64,000 bases of DNA from Octopus vulgaris (GCA_951406725.2 OX597835.1:8494001-8558000); one strand, 5' to 3'. Positions 28,680 to 43,944 are shown, numbered from the stretch's first letter. Program-made: numbers and translations. The notes: a model not told the origin generated them from the letters alone.

Positions 28680-29180
28680 CTCTAAGCATGAGCCACGTTC
28701 AGCTAGGGCTTTTGCAGTCGCTCCTAATATTGGCCTTCACTACCAGTGACTCCCTCTCCTGGTGAATGTACGTCTTTAACATAGGTAGGACTTCATCCTA
28801 AAGACAGTCTCTTCTCTTCAGCATCAGAAGGTCATCTAGACTCCCTACACATATTAGACATTTTGAACCCCATCCAGAGACGAGTCACTTGGTCACTTGA
28901 TCACTTGGTCAATTGGCGCACTATCTCGAACAGACAAACTCCAGCCTCTGGCCCACAAGTCTACTGTCTTTTCTATTGCTGCTTATGTGACCTTTGTACC
29001 TGAGAGCATTTCGTAACACTCCCACACAGGTATCCCCCGACGCATCCTTGCTGTTTCTAGACCTACTAACCATCTTTTCGGATCCTTTTCCCTCAGAACT
29101 TCGTCCCTTTGGAATCTCCTGCTTCCTCTTGACCCGAAATATTAACGACATCGACCTCGCCGCTTACAGCGGAATCTGCA
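28680..29180 (+). pseudogene. CR1/Jockey-like LINE 3' relic
   Basis: Degenerate HILDILNPIQRRVT / QPLAH / SFSLRTSSLWNLL motifs. Confidence 0.5.
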
Positions 29181-30119
29181 AAGATTGTGGGCATTGTCCC
29201 CTCAGTCACTTCCGGCATGGGAAAACAAATGCGAAAGAACCCATTAAAGTGCTGCTCCAGTATGGCCGTAGTTCAACGAAAACAGCCGATAAAAATAATA
29301 AATGCTAAAACAATGATTGAACTAATTATTTCATTAGTTAATTGACGATGAAAATATAATTAATTAACGAAAAAAATAATTAATCCAACATGAACGGAAA
29401 TTAAATTTCGTGGGATGCGAGGAAATCAACTTAGAACAATTGAATTTAGGAAATGGTCACAGTTGTTGTTGTTGGTGGTGGTGCTGCTGTTGCCGATATT
29501 GCTGCTACAGTTGTTGATGTTGTTGTTGTTGGTGGTGATGATGGAGGCGGTGGCGGCGGCGGCAGCGGTGCTGTGCTGTTATCGTTAATGTTTCTCTTGT
29601 TAATGGGTTTATTTGTTGTTGTTTTGGTTGTTGTTGTTGTTAGTGGTTGAGATGGTGGCGGTAGTGTTATTGCTGTTACCGTTGCTTATGATGTTCTTCT
29701 TGATGTTGTGGTTGTCATTTTTTTTTTACATTGTGTTGTCGTCACCTTTGCTGCTGTTGCTGCTGCCACGCCTACCGCTGCTGCCTTTCCCTTGCCTCTA
29801 CTTTTTTTTTTTTTTTTTTCATACCAACTGATTCTCCCGATACACAAATTTCACCGACTTCCACTGACACCTGAAATACATCTGACATGTAAAAAAACAA
29901 CAACAACAACAACAACAAGAAGTTTGATCAATCGTTATTGTTGATATTACTGTTGTTGTTGTTGGGTTTTTTTTTTTTTGCTTTTGATTAATTAATAATG
30001 TCTTTTTTTTTTTTGGTAAATTAATTTTATATTTCGTAGCTGCTTTGTGGGTTCATTTTGCTGTTTCTTAAATGTGTGGATGTATAAGTTTATGAATTAC
30101 TTGCATACGTGTGAGCGTC

Positions 30120-30710
<591 letters not shown>

Positions 30711-31097
30711 AGCAATTCCTTTCTATTAAATACAAGAACAGAAATTATATAAAGACCATCACCACAGACATCGCCGTCGTCGCCATCTCTACCTCCATCA
30801 GCGCCACCATCACCACTACTACCAGTAACCTTCCTACCGCCACCGAACCCCTTCCGACATCCCCCCCCCGCCCCATCAGCGCTGACCTGGGCAACTGGTG
30901 ATAGCCAGGTCAGTTACCCTAAAGTAAACACAAAATCCTACATCAACAGGTCAGCTTCTTGTCATTCTTACATTTACATTTTAACTGAACACAACTCAAG
31001 ATTAATGCAGACATTGACGTCTCTTAACAACATGTCTTTCATGTCTGTCTGTCTGTTTGTCGGTCTCTCTCTCTCCTTGTTTCTCTCTCTCTTCTTG

Positions 31098-31146
<49 letters not shown>

Positions 31147-31373
31147 AACTCTCTTCTTTTCTTTTCTCTCCCATTAACTTGACCTCTTCTGATATTTCTT
31201 TCTCTATGGTCTCTCTAGCTTTGTGTGTGTGTGTGTGTATGTGTATGTGTGTATGTGTGTGTGTTTGTGAGTGTGTGTGTGTGTATGTGTGTGTGAGTGT
31301 GTGTATGTGAGTGTGTGTGTGTGTGTGTGTTTGTGTGTTTGTGTGTGTGTGTGTGTATGTTTGTGTGTGAGTG

Positions 31374-31420
<47 letters not shown>

Positions 31421-31569
31421 GTGTGTAGGAGGAGGAAGAGGAGAAAGGGGAAGTTATAGACGCAGCATGGTCGATTGGTTAAGCTTTTGGCTTCATGGTC
31501 GCAAGGTTTTGAGTTGGATCTCACGTTGGAAACTTGGGCCACAGTCTGAAGAAAATGGTTTACATGACC

Positions 31570-32037
31570 AAACAAATAGGCTTCATGGCAGAATTAATAG
31601 TCACGACTATTTAAGCATTTTATCTGATCAAATTCATTCTATGTTTGCGGAACTGTTTCCGGAGTGAAACGCAATCTTCAGGATGATAATGCACCGATTA
31701 ACACAGTTAAAGTTGCTATTGAATGACACGAGGAACATTCTAGTGAAGTTAAACATCTTATCTAGCCACCGCAGTCCCCAGATCTCAATATTATTGAACA
31801 TTTATGGTGCATTTTAGCAAAACAAGTAAAGAGTCGATATCCTCCATCATCATCACTCAAAGAACTGGAGACTGTTTTAGCTGAAGAATGGGCAAACATT
31901 CCCATGGAATCAATTCAAACTTTGTACGAGTCCATACCTCGAAGAATTCAAGCTGTAATTACTGCCAAAGGCGGTCCTACCCCGTATTAAGATAAATTTG
32001 TTTGAAATTTTAAGGTGTTTTCATTATTTTGTCCAAC

Positions 32038-32042
<5 letters not shown>
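31570..32042 (+). mobile_element. Tc1 transposon 3' fossil
   Basis: QDDNAP..PPQSPDLNIIEHLW..SIPRRIQAVITAKGGPTPY*, ending in the TIR cattattttgtccaaccc. Confidence 0.85.
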
Positions 32043-32111
<69 letters not shown>

Positions 32112-32355
32112 ATATACATATATGTGTGTGCGTTCGTGTATGCGAGATATTGTAATTGAAAGCCATCCACGTCCATCATAATACTTTTATACATTTAATG
32201 AAATTCATTTAAAAATAATAATTTACCAAAATTTATTCTAATTTTTTCACTTCACGTCTCATTTACTGTTGGCTCTAACATGATCAGTGAAATAATCTTT
32301 AAAAAGCAGCCTATTATTACCACCACCATAATAATAATAATAATAATAGTAATAC

Positions 32356-32414
<59 letters not shown>

Positions 32415-32453
32415 GTAATAATAAAAATAATAAAAATGATAATAATAATAATG

Positions 32454-32497
<44 letters not shown>

Positions 32498-32897
32498 TAA
32501 TAATAATAATAATAATGATACGATACATAATAATAATAATATTATTATTATTATTTTTATTATTATTATCATTATTATTATGTTGTTGTATTATTATGCC
32601 ATATATCAAAGAGTTAATGTTTTTCTTCTTTTTTTTTATTTATGTGCCAAGGTTAAGCTAAATGTTTGTCCTCGTTGTCACGAGGTCAATTCGCTTCAGC
32701 GAACCGGAAATCTTAATTACTTTCTGAAAAGTAATTAATTTTCTGTGAATATTTTAATCTCATTATAATTTCATAATTGAAGAAAAGGAAAGAGAGACAA
32801 TAGCGGCTATTAATAATAATAGCTACAGATGCAGTTACAACAACTACAATAAGATATACTACTACTACTACTACTACTACCACTACTGTTGCTGCTG

Positions 32898-32972
<75 letters not shown>

Positions 32973-33113
32973 GCATTATTATCATTCTTATACTTATTAA
33001 TATTATTCTACTTATCATTATTATTATTATTATTGTTATAATCATTATTATTATCATTATCATTATTATTATTATTATCATTATTATTATCATTATCATT
33101 ATTATTATCATCA

Positions 33114-33119
<6 letters not shown>

Positions 33120-33169
<50 letters not shown>

Positions 33170-33467
33170 TTTATTTTTATTATTAGCGACTAGAAAAGCA
33201 GCCATAGGTATTTAACTAAAAGTAAATCGAGTTCAAATTTTTGTCGATGGCTGAGAAATAAATATGAACCGTGGAAGATGCATAACATAAGGGAGAGACA
33301 ACTACGGGGTTTCAAGCTAAATTAATATAAATTAATTAATCCTTGTTGCTTATATACATGCATCACGGTTCATATTTATTTCTCAGCCATTGACAAAAAT
33401 TTGAACTCGATTTACTTTTAGTTAAATACCTATGGCTGCTTTTCTAGTCGCTAATAATAAAAATAAA

Positions 33468-33525
<58 letters not shown>
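33120..33525. repeat. Inverted repeat with ~90-bp unique arms extended by (ATT)n/(AAT)n and a ~90-bp spacer
   Basis: tagcgactagaaaagcagccataggtatttaactaaaag...aaccgtg is mirrored by cacggtt...tatggctgcttttctagtcgcta. Confidence 0.9.
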
Positions 33526-33704
33526 GTAATAGTAGTAGTAGTAGTAGTATCGTTATTATATGGGCAGCTGATAAAGGGGAATATTCCTTGTATTTTTTGT
33601 CTTGTACTCTGTTTTTTCGTTGTTAAAGAAAATCCGTTTCCTTGTTTGTTTTTATGTTTTCGTTTCTCGTTGTGTTCTACGTTTATTTGTGGTGTCCTGT
33701 ACTC

Positions 33705-33763
<59 letters not shown>

Positions 33764-33834
33764 TGTATATATACATATAGATGTAGGTATGTACATATAT
33801 GTATGCATGCATATGTTTTATTTTTAATTTTGTT

Positions 33835-33869
<35 letters not shown>

Positions 33870-34108
33870 CACAAATTATATGTAGAACAAAATTAGGTGT
33901 CGAATGACTTGTATCGGAGTAAAAACGGGGTTAAACGGCACATAACACTATATATTACGATACATTAAATAAAATAAGAGTTAAAATGCTTATTTATTGA
34001 AGTTGTCTCCGCTTCAGTGAGGGGTTAACTAATATGGTTGCTGTTGGTACTATCCCCAAGTATATACCAACAATCAACTATTCTCTCCTCCCCTCTTTCA
34101 CTCTCTCG

Positions 34109-34167
<59 letters not shown>

Positions 34168-34169
<2 letters not shown>

Positions 34170-34372
34170 ACGGGAATCTTTATGAAAATAAACAAAAGAC
34201 GAAGGCAGGTGGAATACAAACAAACAATTGTATTAGTATGGCGCTCAGGAATAGAAATAGAACAAGTCTTTTACGTTTCGAGCCTACGCTCTTCAACAGA
34301 AAAATACGCAGAAAAGAAACACGGAGAGAAACAAGGAGAAAAAAAAATGCGTGCAGAAGCTAGCGATTGAAC
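34168..34372 (-). mobile_element. ~200-bp hammerhead-containing PLE-derived mini-element in (TA)n (motif at 34266-34307)
   Basis: Reverse complement UUUUU-CUGUUGA-A-GAGC guag GCUC-GAAAC GUA-AAAGAC, with palindromic ACGU stem III. Shares its downstream tcctgagcg..aatac..ttccac block with the 60525 element. Confidence 0.65.
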
Positions 34373-34694
34373 ATATATATATACGGGACTGGGTTTTTTT
34401 TTCTGTTTGTGTGTGTATATGTGTGTTTCCCTTTTTATGGGTTTTTTGCAGTTCTCTCCTAATCCGCTGACAAAGACTGTAACCGCTAAAATTATTACTG
34501 ACACATGTACACACCTTTGCCTGAATCACTCATCATTCTCTTATACAATCAGACACACACATACACACACACAGCTACACACACACATACGCCCACACAC
34601 ATATATATATACACCACTGCACACGGAGCTTTATTACAGAATTTAAATTACTCAAAATATTTATAAACACTCACACATGCATATACATGGACAG

Positions 34695-34733
<39 letters not shown>

Positions 34734-35138
34734 TACACACACACATTGCCACACACTGACATACGCACACACACACACACATAACCATATTCACATATTA
34801 TGCCAAACGCTCACACAAACACATACAGCGACGGTCACACTTCCTCACCTTCTAATTTATTGTCATAATTAAGAATTAAAAGATACAAAAATAAAATTAA
34901 TAAACTATTGACTAATTAGATGTGATTCAAACACCTATCTCCTTCCGCTCGTTGTTGTTGCTGCTGCTGTTAATGTTCCATTTTGTGGCGGTGGAGGGGG
35001 GAGTAAAAACATCGCTAAGAATTACATAAAAAACAACAAATTAAAAGAAAACAACCAATAACAACGGAATAATTTTGACGAATGAAATTTACCCACGCGC
35101 ACATCTAAAAATACATACATACATACATACTTATATAC

Positions 35139-35207
<69 letters not shown>

Positions 35208-35254
35208 TACATATATATTTATATATACATATACACATATATATATATACATAT

Positions 35255-35304
<50 letters not shown>

Positions 35305-35350
35305 ATCCACCTGTGGATACGAACCATTGACCAAGTAATTCTGGACTTAC

Positions 35351-35504
35351 ATTGACACGTAAGATATATACACATCACGAATTTCTGTGTAAGGAAAGCA
35401 AATACAGAAAACATAACAATTTGCTGCTGAATTTTGGCGAATATTCTGAAGACACGTTGATGTGAAGTTGGAGGATGTGTCTCTGTTAAGTTTTTCGAAA
35501 ACAT
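35351..35504 (-). CDS. Putative first coding exon of an unknown, possibly secreted protein (MFSKNLTE...[22 protein letters not shown])
   Basis: ATG-initiated open frame in unique sequence with a hydrophobic stretch, ending at a perfect gtaagt donor (phase 1). No recognised homology. Confidence 0.35.
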
Positions 35505-36010
35505 TTAATTCAATTTGGTACATATTTTCATAATTACATTGAAGTCAGTCCCCTTTTATCTTTTGTCACTGTTTTGCTTTTTGAAGTTGGAGAATTTTAT
35601 TTTTTTTCAAGTGCGTCTGTTTGTAAACTGAAAAACAAACTTGTTAAAAGTGAGTGGACTCGAGCGAATTTGGATATCATACCTCTGTTACAAGTATTGC
35701 TCTGTTGTTATACAAACATACATACATACATACATACGTATTGTCCTTCTCTCTTTCTCTCTCTCTCTCGGTCATACACACACACATACACACACACATG
35801 CACACATACACATGCATACAATTTTGTACCAAATTATACCAAAAGTAACGCCAAACGTCTAAGAATATTAACGTCTTGGACTTATCTCAACGCATCGTTA
35901 TTTGAGAAAGAACTGAAGAACCGGCAGCTAAAAGTGACAAGTGCTCTCTCTCTTTCTCTCCCTCTCTCTTTCTCTCTCTCTCTTTTCACTCTGTGTTTTT
36001 TCTTCCCTGC

Positions 36011-36077
<67 letters not shown>

Positions 36078-36801
36078 TTCTGAACGGTTCATTTTTGTTT
36101 TATTGATACAATAGATCTTTAAAATATATATTTCTAAAAATATTTCTGTTATTACATTATTTGAAAATTTCTTTTACGAAAGACAACTTCATAGGTTTTC
36201 GTGCCGGAATATAATGAATCATAACCTTTGCTAGAGAGTATCATAGGAATACACGAATATTAATCAACAGACTCAGCTGGAGTTGCGCTTTATGCCATCA
36301 CCCTTTTAAAGGTGAGCCTAAAAGTGGTAATAGTTAAACTTACACACACACACACACACACACAAAGTTGTAATAGGCACAAGAGTTTATACACTGACGT
36401 ACGAATGTTATTAGTTTATTAAATATATGACAAAAGAAATTATTATTTCAATTAAATGAAAGCTAGTGGAAATATCAGTAATTGGCGGAAAAAAATTTAA
36501 TAATTTTTGAGGCAAAAGAATAATTTTAATCATTAATTTAATTTTAGTTTTATTTTATTTGCGTTTGTTTTATGAAAATATTATCTGAAAGAAATAACAA
36601 AGCTAACGAAAATTATATTAGGAAACACTAATAACGAGAACAACCAGCGCCACCACCACCACCATCACCATCATCACCAGCAACAACAACAACAGCAACA
36701 ACAACAACAGCAACAACAACAACAGCAACAACAACAAAAGAAAAAAAATTCAAGTGAATAACTAACAGACATTGGAATCACTGAGAGACAACAGTAACAA
36801 A

Positions 36802-36821
36802 ATGCAATTTGATATTCGAAG
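36802..36821 (+). CDS. ERGIC1: ERGIC1 coding exon 1 (MQFDIR-R)
   Basis: ATG CAA TTT GAT ATT CGA AG followed by the donor gtaagt at 36822. Resembles the ERGIC1 N-terminus (human MPFDFRR), and phase 2 joins exon 2 in frame. Confidence 0.88.
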
Positions 36822-36851
36822 GTAAGTTTCTTTTAACGCCAGCTACAAACT

Positions 36852-36960
36852 AATCATCATCATCATCATCATCATCATCGTCATCATCATCATCATCATC
36901 ATCGTCATCATCATCATCATCATCATCATCATCGTCATCATCACCATCATCATCACCACC

Positions 36961-37011
<51 letters not shown>

Positions 37012-37270
37012 GTCGTCCTCATCGTCATCGTCATCGTCATCATCATAATCATCACCATCATCACCACCAACATCATCATCATCATCATCGTCATCATCAC
37101 CATCATCACCACCACCACCACCACCATCAACATCATCATCATCATCATCATCGTCGTCATCTTCGTCGCCATCGTCCTCGTCATCATCATCATCATCGTC
37201 ATCGTCATCATCATCATCATCATCATCATCATTGTCGTCATCATCGTCATCATCATCATCATCATCATCA

Positions 37271-37305
<35 letters not shown>

Positions 37306-37420
37306 ATCATAATCATCACCATCATCACCACCAATCATCATCATCATCATCATCATCATCGTCGTCGTCATCCTCGTCACCATCATCCTCGTCATCATCA
37401 TCATCATCATCGTCATCATC

Positions 37421-37486
<66 letters not shown>

Positions 37487-37546
37487 GTCGTCGTCATCCT
37501 CGTCACCATCATCCTCGTCATCATCATCATCATCATCGTCATCATC

Positions 37547-37585
<39 letters not shown>

Positions 37586-37605
37586 GTCATCATCGTCATC
37601 ATCAT
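36852..37605. repeat. (CAT/CGT/CAC)n array in ERGIC1 intron 1
   Basis: Direct reading. Starts about 30 nt after the exon 1 donor. Confidence 0.95.
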
Positions 37606-37947
37606 TATAATCGGCAAAAATTTTCTTAGATTGTCGGATAAACCGCTTTACTTTATTTACTCCGGCTTTTTATGTTCTGCGTCCTAATCTCACGTAACCA
37701 GCTTTCTTTCTCATCCATTCTAGGCCGAAAAAATATAGCACCAGTCAAGTGATGGTATCAAGAGTATCGATTAGTTCCTCTCTCCTCAAAAGTGCTGGCC
37801 TTGTGTCTGAATGAGAAACTTAGGGTAGTGAGCAGGACGATCGTCGGTGCGTCATTTCCGGGTCGATAAATTAAGTACCAGTTGAATTCTGGGGTCGATG
37901 TGATCGACTAGTCCCCTCCCATAATATATTTGGCCTATAGCAGAAAA

Positions 37948-38027
<80 letters not shown>

Positions 38028-38028
<1 letters not shown>

Positions 38029-38582
38029 GTGAGTGAGCAGTGCATGCCATCAACGTGACACTGGGGTAAAATATACGAAGCCCAGTATACCCATCATGAC
38101 TACCCATCTGATAAGGGTACACAAGGCACATGCATCACAACCATATGTGCGCGACATGGTGATCTCGTATCAAGATAAACAGCACATGACCTTGCAGGTG
38201 GTGCCCAGTTAGAATTTTCTTCTGGTCGTGTAACCCATCCCGCTCAAAAGGTCCCGGAATAAGGATTGTTTAAGGATGTTGAATGAAACACCCATGTTTC
38301 CAGAAGTGAATTATTCAAACCCCAAAGAATCCCTCTCAACACATGGCTATGATGCTCCCCCACTACTTCTGCTCGTGATCAGAGATGCACATATCGTCAG
38401 CCACTAAGGGACATGCTCAACTGGTTAAGGTCAAACAACTGACAAGCAAATCTGTGGTATTGAGCAGAATATTTGCTGTAGCCCATGTTTTATACCAAGA
38501 CAAAACAATGTACATGATAACACTTCCAATCAGTTAAGATCAGAAGCCATGAGAGCCACTGCCTGGTACTGCATCAGTGCAT
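38028..38582. mobile_element. ~555-bp interspersed element embedded in an (ATT)n array
   Basis: GC-richer non-coding block with sharp boundaries, flanked on both sides by (ATT)n. Recognised from memory as a common octopus repeat, family not determined. Confidence 0.55.
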
Positions 38583-38604
38583 TTATTATTATTATTATTA
38601 TTAC

Positions 38605-38676
<72 letters not shown>

Positions 38677-38678
38677 CA

Positions 38679-38851
<173 letters not shown>

Positions 38852-39696
38852 TTTATCATTGTTAATATTATTATAATTATTATTATTAAGAGATATGAAT
38901 AAGCACAATCATTAGCGCACCGGAAAGATACTTTGCGTTAATAATAACCAGAACAATCCTGTCTACTATAGGCACAAATCTTGAGAATTTCGGTTCTTTA
39001 TATAAACCTCAGTGCTTGACTGGTTCTTTATGAGTGTGCGTGTTGGTATTTGAATTGGAGTTGTAAAGAGGCGAAACGAAATTCTGTTAAGTACTTTGTC
39101 TGGCGACCTAACGATTTTGCTACCTCACAATAATACAAAATAATTAAAACAAACTAATGAGATTTAATTTGAAAGAAACAAGCGTCAGAATCTAATTGGT
39201 TGTAACAAACATGTGACATTTACGTCATCTATTCCTACATTTTTTCCGGCTCATAATTTAATATCTCACGACGAACAGATATTTAATTATGTTTCCCGAA
39301 TGTCAGAACCTAATTGTTTATTAAATGAATAAATTTGTTCTAACGCTTAACCAGGTTATTTTTTTCCTCTTTTTGATGAACTGCGGCCATGCTAGGGCAA
39401 TACCGAAAATATTTTCAAAGGACTTCATCAATGGGTGGTTTATAATTTGAATGCAGGTATAAAGAATTAACCCAAATGACGGGGTAGCAAACACCTGGAA
39501 ACAACTCTTCTTAATTAAACAGTGGCCGCGCTGGAGCAAAGCCTAGATTTTCGTTACCAAAAATATCTTCGACGTTGTAAGATTTAATCTGTAGCATGGG
39601 GTACCTGTTGCATGCAGTAGGTTTTAATTTATTTTCAGTAAATGGAAACTATTGTAGGTTTATAGTAAATATACACTATTAAAAGCTATTGGCTAG

Positions 39697-40049
39697 TTAC
39701 ATACATACATTACATACATACATATATATATATACATACATGCATACATACATACTTACATACATGCATACATACATACATGCATTCATATATACATACA
39801 TACCTACCTACCTACATGCATACATACATACATACATACATACATACTTGCATGCATGCATACATACATACATACATACATACATACATACATACATACA
39901 TACATACATACATACATACATACATCCATCCATCCATGCATACATACATATATACATGCATACATACATACATAGATACATACATGCATACATACATACA
40001 TGCATACATACATACATTACATACATGCATACATATATATATACATACA

Positions 40050-40081
<32 letters not shown>

Positions 40082-40275
40082 GACATACATATAGACATAC
40101 ATATATACATACATTCTTACTTGCATATATAATACATACATGCATACATCTATGAATGCATGCGTGCATACATACACAAACATACATACACAAGTATATA
40201 CATACATAGATACATACATACATACATACATACATACATACATACATACATACATACATACATACATACATACAT
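39697..40275. repeat. (CATA)n compound microsatellite
   Basis: Direct reading. Confidence 0.95.
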
Positions 40276-40359
40276 AAAACGAAAACAAGGCGGCAGGGCC
40301 TTTAGATCGTTCCAAAAGGCCTTCGAGTGTCGTATCATATTCCTTCGGTAACATCATTT

Positions 40360-41670
40360 AACCACCAAGTGTCGAAGTGCATTCTTGACCAAGTTTTCAT
40401 GCATGAGGCTGATAACATAAGACTTTGAAGGCAACATATTGAGTAGCGTTCCATGTATGATAACCTTAAATACATGTCCAAAGAAGTCTCACGACTTTAC
40501 TGCTATGTATCCTCAGATGAAAGGATGATCGTATATCAGTCGAAGACTAAGTATGGATATATTAGTAGAAAGCTCCGAGATAATAGCAACATAGATCACA
40601 AAAGCGTTTTATCATGGATTAATAACCGGATTACTACATCACACTGTGAAGGGTAAGCGTTTGCAATACAGGAACAGGGTATATCAACCGAATGCCTGAT
40701 ACAGAACAGGGATGGAAGCACTCCGTCGGTTACGACGATGAGGATTCCGGTTGATCCCAATCAACGGAACAGCCTGCTCGTGAAATTAACGTGTAAGTGG
40801 CTGAGCACTCCACAGACACGTGCACCCTTAACGTAGTTCTCGGGGATATTCAGCGTGACACAGAGAGTGACAAGGCCGGCCTCTTGAAATACAGGTACAA
40901 CAGAAACAGGAAGTAAGAGTGAGAGAAAGTTGTGGTGAAAGAGTACAGCAGGGATCACCACCATCCCCTGCCGGAGCCTCGTGGAGCTTTTAGGCTTTTC
41001 GCTCAATAAACACTCACAACGCCCGGTCTGGGAATCGAAACAGCGATCCTATGGCCGTGAGTCCGCTGCTCTAACCACTGGGCCATTGCCGGAAAAGCAG
41101 TAAAATGTGACATCCGATGCAGACTTTGGGAAGTAAACACCGAAGCTATGACCCTCATCATAAGCAGTTACCCGAAAATGTCATCACGGTATTAGCTACT
41201 GATGAGATATTGTGTTGTAGCTAGGGCACTGTATTACGAGATCCGTCCGAAGGATAAAGATGAGGATATAGATTTAAAACCCCACAGTAGGGTGGGAGTC
41301 ATAGCCACTCATAATAAAAAGGAGTACTGGTGGAATGTGCCAGTGAAAACCTCAACAAAACGTAAATACAATAGAACTAACATAATGATTTGGGATAGAG
41401 AACAGAAACTGTGTACAGTCGCGGAAACTAGCTGTCCAGCGGATGTTAACATAAAGCTAAAGGACAACGAAAAGGAGAGGACCTATAGTGAAGTAGTGAG
41501 AAATTTGCAGTTATTCAATCCAGATTGCAACTTGAGGTTTATACCTGTAATTATTGGGGTGCTGGGATATGTAACACACTGACTAAATACCATTCTTGAG
41601 GTATGAAGCTTCTCAAAACCAGAAAGGAGAAAGCTGATTCGAAGGTTACAGATTTAATACATCACTGGAA
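40360..41670 (+). pseudogene. Non-LTR retrotransposon 3' relic (zinc knuckle plus REL), split by a SINE
   Basis: HCEG*AFAIQEQGIST [SINE] CDIRCRL.. then YWWNVPVKT..NRTNIMIWDREQKLCTVAETSCPADVNI..EKERTY..RFIPVIIGVLG. Confidence 0.75.
40711..41089 (-). mobile_element. SINE family A inserted in a LINE relic
   Basis: Reverse complement of the 937-1318 element. Confidence 0.9.
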
Positions 41671-41774
41671 ATGATAGCGATTATATATATATAAGTGTGT
41701 GTGTGTGTGTGTGTGTGTATTTATATCTATATATTTATATTTATATATATGTATATATATATACATATATATAT

Positions 41775-41816
<42 letters not shown>

Positions 41817-41819
<3 letters not shown>

Positions 41820-42205
41820 CGCAGGAGTGGCTGTGTGGTAAGTAGCTTGCTAACCAACCACATGGTTCCGGGTTCTTAGTCCCACTGCGTGGCATCTTGG
41901 GCAAGTGTCTTCTGCTATAGCCCCGGGCCGACCAATGCGGAAACTGAAAGAAGCCTGTCGTATATATGTTATTATATATATGTGTGTATGTGTGTGTATA
42001 TGTGTGTGTGTATGTGTTTGTCCCCCTAGCATTGCTTGACAACCGATGCTGGTGTTTACGTCCACGTCACCTACCGGTTCAGCAAAAGAGACTGATAGAA
42101 TAAGTACTGGGCTTACAAAGAATAAGTCCCGGGGTTCATTTGCTCGACTAAGGGTGGTGCTCCAGCATGGCCGCAGTCGAATGACCGAAACACGTAAAAG
42201 AGTAA
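41817..42205 (+). mobile_element. SINE family B
   Basis: Homologous to 1817-2420. Ends about 80 bp upstream of ERGIC1 exon 2. Confidence 0.9.
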
Positions 42206-42288
42206 GATTATATATATATATAAAACCTAGAAACCCACATATCTGATATACCGCTCATAAATAATGAAGTTAACAATATGACTTGCAG

Positions 42289-42423
42289 GTTCGACATTTA
42301 CCGGAAGGTACCCAAAGACCTTACTCGTCCAACTATAACTGGTGCCATCATCTCTTTGAGCAGCATATGCTTCATCGGTTTTCTTCTCTTCTCAGAATTG
42401 ACCTTATTTGTCACCACAGAAAT
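42289..42423 (+). CDS. ERGIC1: ERGIC1 coding exon 2 (FDIYRKVPKDLTRPTITGAIISLSSICFIGFLLFSELTLFVTTE)
   Basis: Acceptor ttgcag and donor gtaagt, 135 nt, phase 2/2. Translation closely matches the remembered ERGIC1 motif RFDIYRKVPKDLTQPTYTGAIIS plus the first TM helix. Confidence 0.95.
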
Positions 42424-43017
42424 GTAAGTAAACACATTCTTTATATGTTCTCGCAGTTTGTTTTTTTAAATTTTTTTATATTCATTCATCAATTAAAAAA
42501 AATAATTCTAATATTATTAATAATAATAATAACCTTATTTCTATTTCCGTTTTTAGACTTTTCTTTTCTTTCATCATTTCGTTTTTTGTATCTGGTTTGC
42601 AAGATTCTTTTTGTGAATTCGTGTGTTGAAACATATTTTGTTGCGTCTGGGGAGGGTCATTATGTCAATATTATTAACACACGCTCTGGTTCAATTCCAT
42701 TCCTTCATTATTAGTAAATTGGCTAAATATCACCCAACAAACTAAACGTTTGATTGGTTTTAACTTAATTAAACTGTAAATCATTATTTAAGGAATCGAA
42801 TCGACCCAGTGCGTCAGTTAATGATATATTGGCATATTGACACTCTTTCATCACTCTTCTCCTTCAACTTTTCTCTTCTATTCGCTGTCTCTCTCTCACC
42901 TTCTCTCTTTCTTTCTTCTTCTCGCCTCTCCCCCATCCCCCCCTCTCTCTCTCGTGATCTCTCTCTCGTAATATTTATTGGCACATACTTCGTGCATGAA
43001 CCCCTCTGTGTTTCGCC

Positions 43018-43440
43018 GAAGGCGGCGAGCTGGCAGAAACGTTAGCACGCCGGGTGAAATGCTTAGCGGTATTTCGTCTGCTTCTACGTTCTGGGTTTAA
43101 ATTCCGCCAAGGTCGACTTTGCCTTTCATCCTTTCGGGGTCGATAAATTAAGTACCAGTTACGCACTGGGGTCGATGTAATCGACTTAATCCCTTCGCCT
43201 GTCCTTGTTTGTCTCCTCTGTGTTTACCCCCTTGTGGGTAGTAAAGAAATAGGTATTTCGTCTGCCTTTACGTTCTGAGTTCAAATTCCGCCGAGGTCGA
43301 CTTTGCCTTTCATCCTTTCGGGGTCGATAAATTAAGTACCAGTTACGCACTGGGGTCGATATAATCAATTTAATCTATTTGTGTGTCCTTGGTTGACCCC
43401 TCTATGTTTAGCCCCTTGTGGGTAGTAATGAAATAGATAT
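43018..43440 (+). mobile_element. SINE family C, tandem dimer
   Basis: Same head, with a ~183-bp body duplicated at gtatttcgtctgc. Confidence 0.85.
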
Positions 43441-43944
43441 GACACCATCAGAAATGAGATCCGAAAGAGACGTAGCTATCAATCACAGACATTTTGTTCG
43501 ACACACTAAAAATTCTACCATTCTACCATTCAACATATTCTTCACCTTCGTTTCAAGAAAGAATTTTTCCTTTGAACCCAATGAATTAGTTTCATTATAT
43601 TTTGTAGCAGTTTCGTAGCACCACAAACCATTGGTTCTTACTAACGCACGAGGTGGGTAGCTTTGATGGGGCCTGGCTCAGTGGATACCATCAAATACAA
43701 GTCTTGACTAGCAGTTGATATTAACAGCCCAGAATGTATGACCGAAAAAGCTGACGTTGGCCAGATTCAATTCTAAATGCTAGCGACGACTCAAGTATAC
43801 AAGAAAAGAGAGAAATTTTCATGATTTTTCAAGGGAGGTAACCCTCAGAGAACTTAAGTAAAGATGTAGGGGAGATAACTAAGTTGGCGAGCCATGTGAA
43901 CTGTCAAAAATAAATTTATTCTTTTCTGGAAAGTGAGACCACTG

